Origin: a virus
Taxonomy: Duplodnaviria > Caudoviricetes
Length of the DNA stretch: 38,635 bases
Direction: 5' to 3' (one strand)
IMG/VR virus record: IMGVR_UViG_3300044724_001926
Span: 1 to 38,635 of that record
A model generated the notes under the pieces. That model was not told the DNA's origin and made no database searches. It saw nothing but the letters and a program-made list of their open reading frames with translations. How positions within the stretch are numbered: position 1 is the stretch's first letter; each line of letters starts with the position of its first letter. The translations under genes were made by a program, and so were the position numbers. This document shows positions 35,470-38,635 of the stretch, piece after piece.

Positions 35470-35897
35470 AAACGTGGACGGTTGCCATAGAAGACATAAG
35501 TAAAATACCCGAGAAAGTAGTGCGCGGCACGGTTATGGGCATGTTTTCTAGGATCGTGAAGCGTAGCCCTGTAGACACGGGCCGGTTTCGCGGTAATTGG
35601 CAGATCACTGTAGATGCACCGGCACGCGGTGAAGTAGGCCCAGATAAAAGTGGAGCTAATACGATAGCATCAGCGGCGAATGTCGCACAAAACCAACGAT
35701 TTCCAGCAAGCGCGTATTTTATTAGCAACAATATGCCATACGCTGAAAAATTAGAGTTTGGGGGCTATCCATCATCACCTAAAAAGCAAACCGGCAAGAC
35801 TCAAAACGGATATTCAACGCAAGCACCAAACGGTATGGTGAGAATATCAGTGGCAGAGTTTGAGCGAGTTATAAGAGAAGAGGCGGCGAAACTGTGA
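35466..35897 (+). CDS. HK97 gp10-like tail completion protein
   Basis: SPVDTGRFRGNW, NN.PYA.KLEFG, S.QAP.GMVR. Confidence 0.85.
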   Translation: MKTWTVAIEDISKIPEKVVRGTVMGMFSRIVKRSPVDTGRFRGNWQITVDAPARGEVGPDKSGANTIASAANVAQNQRFPASAYFISNNMPYAEKLEFGGYPSSPKKQTGKTQNGYSTQAPNGMVRISVAEFERVIREEAAKL

Positions 35898-36298
35898 CTA
35901 CGATATTTAACGATGTGCAGGCCGCGCTTGATACGAAGCTAGCAACGATTACAGGCACTAACGTAGCGTTCCCTAACGTGCCGTATAAGCCGCAGGCTGG
36001 CACCACATACCTACGGGCCTCTTTTCTCCCAGCGGAGACTATACAAGCGTCTATGGGCTCTGACGGCAAAGATGAAACCAATGGCGTTTATCAAATAGAC
36101 GTTGTAGCACCCAGAGGGAGCGGAAGGCCGCAACTAATTGACACTGTGGCCGATTTATTTAAGCGTGGCACTGTTTTGACGTACAATAGCATTAACGTGC
36201 GGGTGCGTTCTGTCAGTATGAACCCCGCAATTTTGGATGAAGAATGGTACTTTGTGCCAATTTCGGTCAACTTTCAAACATATACAGAGGCTAGATAG
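35894..36298 (+). CDS. Tail terminator (DUF4128-like)
   Basis: VAFPNV.Y.P, G.YQIDV..P.G.G, F.RG; precedes tail tube. Confidence 0.78.
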   Translation: MTTIFNDVQAALDTKLATITGTNVAFPNVPYKPQAGTTYLRASFLPAETIQASMGSDGKDETNGVYQIDVVAPRGSGRPQLIDTVADLFKRGTVLTYNSINVRVRSVSMNPAILDEEWYFVPISVNFQTYTEAR

Positions 36299-36300
36299 AT

Positions 36301-37218
36301 ATGGCTATTGCAAACGGCGCACAACATAGTCTGCATTACGTTGCCGAAACTACGTATGGCACGACTCCCTCAACCCCTACTTTTGCCCCTTTGCCGCATA
36401 CAGGCACAACGCTGGCGGTTACAAAGGACGCCATTGAAAGCGAAACCATTAAGGGAGATCGTCAGGTAGACGATTTTCGACATGGTAATAAGTCTGTATC
36501 TGGCGAAATTAGCTCAGAGCTTGAGTATGGAGCCTTTGACGATATTCTAGAGGCGGTATTGTGCGGCACATGGACTACGGATGTACTTAAAGCGGGCCTT
36601 ACGCGGCGCTCTTTCTCGCTACAGCGCAAGTTTGGCGATCTGACTACGCCTGAGTATCACACTTACACCGGATGCGAATTTAATACGATGTCTTTGTCTG
36701 TATCGCCTAACGCTATGGTTGGCGTTACGTTTGGCGTTGTAGGCAAGAACCTAGCGCTTGCTACTACCGCAATAACCGGCTCTACATTCTCTTCTGACGT
36801 AGGCAACCAGCCCTTTGATTCGTTTACCGGATCAATCACAGAGGGCGGCGTATCTATCGCTACGGTTACGTCTATCGAAATGTCTCTTGAGAACGGCATA
36901 GAGCCATTATTTTCTGTGGGTAGCCAGACTACTAACCGTCCCTCTATCGGCCGCTCACGGCTCACAGGGACGCTTACAACGTACTTTGACAGCAAGACGA
37001 TGTACGAGAAGTTTCTCAACGAAACATCTAGCAGTATCGTTTTGACGCTGACTGATCTGGACGGCAATGACTACATCATTGAGTTGGGTAATGTTAAGTA
37101 CAACACCGGACAGCCAGATGTTGCGGGTGAGGGAGCGGTAACCATTGCTATGGATTTTGTAGCTCTCTACGACTCAACCGACGCAAGCCAGATTGTTATC
37201 ACTAGAACGGCGGCATAA
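36301..37218 (+). CDS. Major tail tube protein
   Basis: YVAETTYGTTP, S..I..DRQ, G.I..EL, G.LT.YF motifs; 305 aa. Confidence 0.88.
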   Translation: MAIANGAQHSLHYVAETTYGTTPSTPTFAPLPHTGTTLAVTKDAIESETIKGDRQVDDFRHGNKSVSGEISSELEYGAFDDILEAVLCGTWTTDVLKAGLTRRSFSLQRKFGDLTTPEYHTYTGCEFNTMSLSVSPNAMVGVTFGVVGKNLALATTAITGSTFSSDVGNQPFDSFTGSITEGGVSIATVTSIEMSLENGIEPLFSVGSQTTNRPSIGRSRLTGTLTTYFDSKTMYEKFLNETSSSIVLTLTDLDGNDYIIELGNVKYNTGQPDVAGEGAVTIAMDFVALYDSTDASQIVITRTAA

Positions 37219-37601
37219 TGGAAATTAGTCGATTAGCTACGGCTGAATCTCACGGGGAAGGGGCCGAGTGCAACATTCTCGACCCTGTAACCCGTGAGCC
37301 TACTGACGTATTTATCAAAGTCATGGGCTCAGATTCAAAGCAGTGGCGGGCGCAGAAAAAGAAACAGACAAACGCAGTGCTTGAGGCTAGAGCGCAAGAC
37401 AAGGCCAAGAGCATAGATTTTGATGCGATGGATGTGGAAGCGTTAGTAGCGGTGACGCTAGGATGGCGCGGGATTGTTGCAGATGGCGAGGAGTACGCCT
37501 TTAACAAGGCCAATGCTAAGTCATTGTACGAAAATGCGCCTAACGTAGTGGCTCAGTTACTAGAGTTTTTGGCGAATGGGGCAAATTTTACCAAGGGCTA
37601 A
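37218..37601 (+). CDS. Tail assembly chaperone (gpG analogue)
   Basis: Between tube and TMP; I.V.G.DS, T.GW.G, ends ANFTKG with a slippery site. Confidence 0.85.
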   Translation: MEISRLATAESHGEGAECNILDPVTREPTDVFIKVMGSDSKQWRAQKKKQTNAVLEARAQDKAKSIDFDAMDVEALVAVTLGWRGIVADGEEYAFNKANAKSLYENAPNVVAQLLEFLANGANFTKG

Positions 37602-37936
37602 TTGACGAGCTTCAAGAGTTTGGCCGCTGGTATTTCTGGATTCATAGCAGGCCAGAGGGCTCAAAGATTAGCCGGTATGACAGTCTCAAACAGGTAGAAA
37701 AATCGACGGGCCGCACGCCTCCGGATTTGCTACTTGCGCCAACGCTTAGGGGCGAACACTCATATGCGTGGGAGACATTTTGCTCGCTTAAATCACACAC
37801 CTACGCAGAAATAGAGGCATACGGCAGGCTGACGGGTGTAAAATTGAGCCCTTGGGAAGTTGACGCTGTTATGGCGCTCAGTAGACAAAGAGAGGCTAGC
37901 ACGCAATGGCAACCGAAGTCGGCACATTACAGCTAA
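37589..37936 (+). CDS. gpT analogue, expressed by -1 frameshift as gpGT (about 239 aa)
   Basis: A AAT TTT at 37583-37589; the -1 frame is open from 37589 to the stop at 37936; Y.EI.AY.RLTG..L.PWE motif. Confidence 0.82.
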   Translation, partial: YQGLIDELQEFGRWYFWIHSRPEGSKISRYDSLKQVEKSTGRTPPDLLLAPTLRGEHSYAWETFCSLKSHTYAEIEAYGRLTGVKLSPWEVDAVMALSRQREASTQWQPKSAHYS

Positions 37937-38635
37937 AAGTTGATACCTCTGGCGTTAAGGCTGGCGAGGCCGCTGTGGAGCGTCTTGGTGACGCCGCGCA
38001 AAAGACTCAAGCACAAACAACCAAGCTAGCTACCGCAACCAAACGCAACAACGCCGTTATGGGCGACTTTGGCCGCAAGGCTGGCATGGCGGGTGTACAG
38101 TTTGAGCAATTAGCCGGTCAGATTGCCGCCGGTCAAAACCCAATGCGAGCCATTGGCGTGCAGGCCGCCGACTTGGGCTTTGTCCTTGGTGCGCCGCTCC
38201 TTGGTGCTGTTGTAGGTATTGGCGCGGCCATTGGTAGCGTGTTGATTCCCATGCTTTTGCAAGGCGCAGACAGCGCGGAAGAGCTATCCGAAAAATTTGA
38301 AGAGCTTGGGCTTAAATTTAGAGAAATGACGGCAAGCCAGCAAGCCGCATTTTTATTAACCTTTAACGAAAACTTAGAAGAGCTTGATAAGAACACCGCG
38401 CAAGCCGTTGCTAGGCTAGAGGAGCTAAAGCAGGCACGCCAAAATCTAGCGAATATGCCATTTGACGAAATTCGCAGAGCGCAGGCAATTGCAGACATCA
38501 CAAGAGAAGAAACTTTACTAGCCGCTCAAATAGATACAAATATAATGATTAGAGAGCGGATGATAAAAACGCTTGAAGATCAAACAGATGCCGAAAAGGA
38601 AGCCGCTAGAGAGGCAGAACGCGCCGCGAAAGAGC
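37906..38635 (+). CDS. Tail tape measure protein, N-terminal part (continues into 253-1229)
   Basis: ATG 37906 with SD GAGG; MATEVGTLQLKVDTSGV...QLAGQIAAGQNPM..QAADLG; open to the window end and in frame with ORF 72-1229. Confidence 0.9.
   Translation, partial: MATEVGTLQLKVDTSGVKAGEAAVERLGDAAQKTQAQTTKLATATKRNNAVMGDFGRKAGMAGVQFEQLAGQIAAGQNPMRAIGVQAADLGFVLGAPLLGAVVGIGAAIGSVLIPMLLQGADSAEELSEKFEELGLKFREMTASQQAAFLLTFNENLEELDKNTAQAVARLEELKQARQNLANMPFDEIRRAQAIADITREETLLAAQIDTNIMIRERMIKTLEDQTDAEKEAAREAERAAKE
38384..38635. repeat. Terminal direct repeat copy 2
   Basis: 249/252 identical to 1-252. Confidence 0.97.

Noticed and set aside
506-38501. Numerous minus-strand and nested ORFs in the track
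   Set aside because: They lie antisense to or inside well-supported + strand genes and show no recognisable motifs, so they are shadow ORFs

Overview
The window is one complete, circularly permuted tailed-phage genome (siphovirus-type, about 38,383 bp unique). Bases 1-252 repeat as 38384-38635 with three synonymous mismatches, and the break falls inside the tape-measure gene. Essentially every credible gene is on the + strand. I recognise no integrase, divergent repressor, DNA polymerase, tRNA, CRISPR array or reverse transcriptase. Gene order: tape-measure C-part, distal tail/hub/J-like tip (1.2-5.9 kb); an unusually large modular fibre/receptor-binding block (5.9-16.7 kb); membrane and lysis genes (3TM holin, M15 endolysin, micro-lipoprotein); a sigma70 early operon; recombination/replication genes (SSAP, SSB-like, XRE HTH, stand-alone primase Zn-domain, initiator with internal iterons, helicase, NinB, HTH-phosphoesterase, NinG); a second sigma70 operon; a structured intergenic hairpin; TerS/TerL/portal; MuF with a HExxH extension plus a small partner ORF; scaffold, P22-coat-like capsid, head-tail joining genes, tail tube, frameshifting chaperone, tape-measure N-part. 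The best candidate for an undescribed system is an apparently hierarchical, ruler-templated, branched fibre built from recurring plug/socket peptide modules. Other leads are a copper-site domain in a fibre, a MuF toxin-immunity-like pair, an OOP-like antisense RNA, a shared operator at both promoters, a rod-shaped ncRNA candidate and several unannotated micro-ORFs. Family assignments come from motif recognition and synteny only, with no database searches. An aquatic proteobacterial host is an inference.
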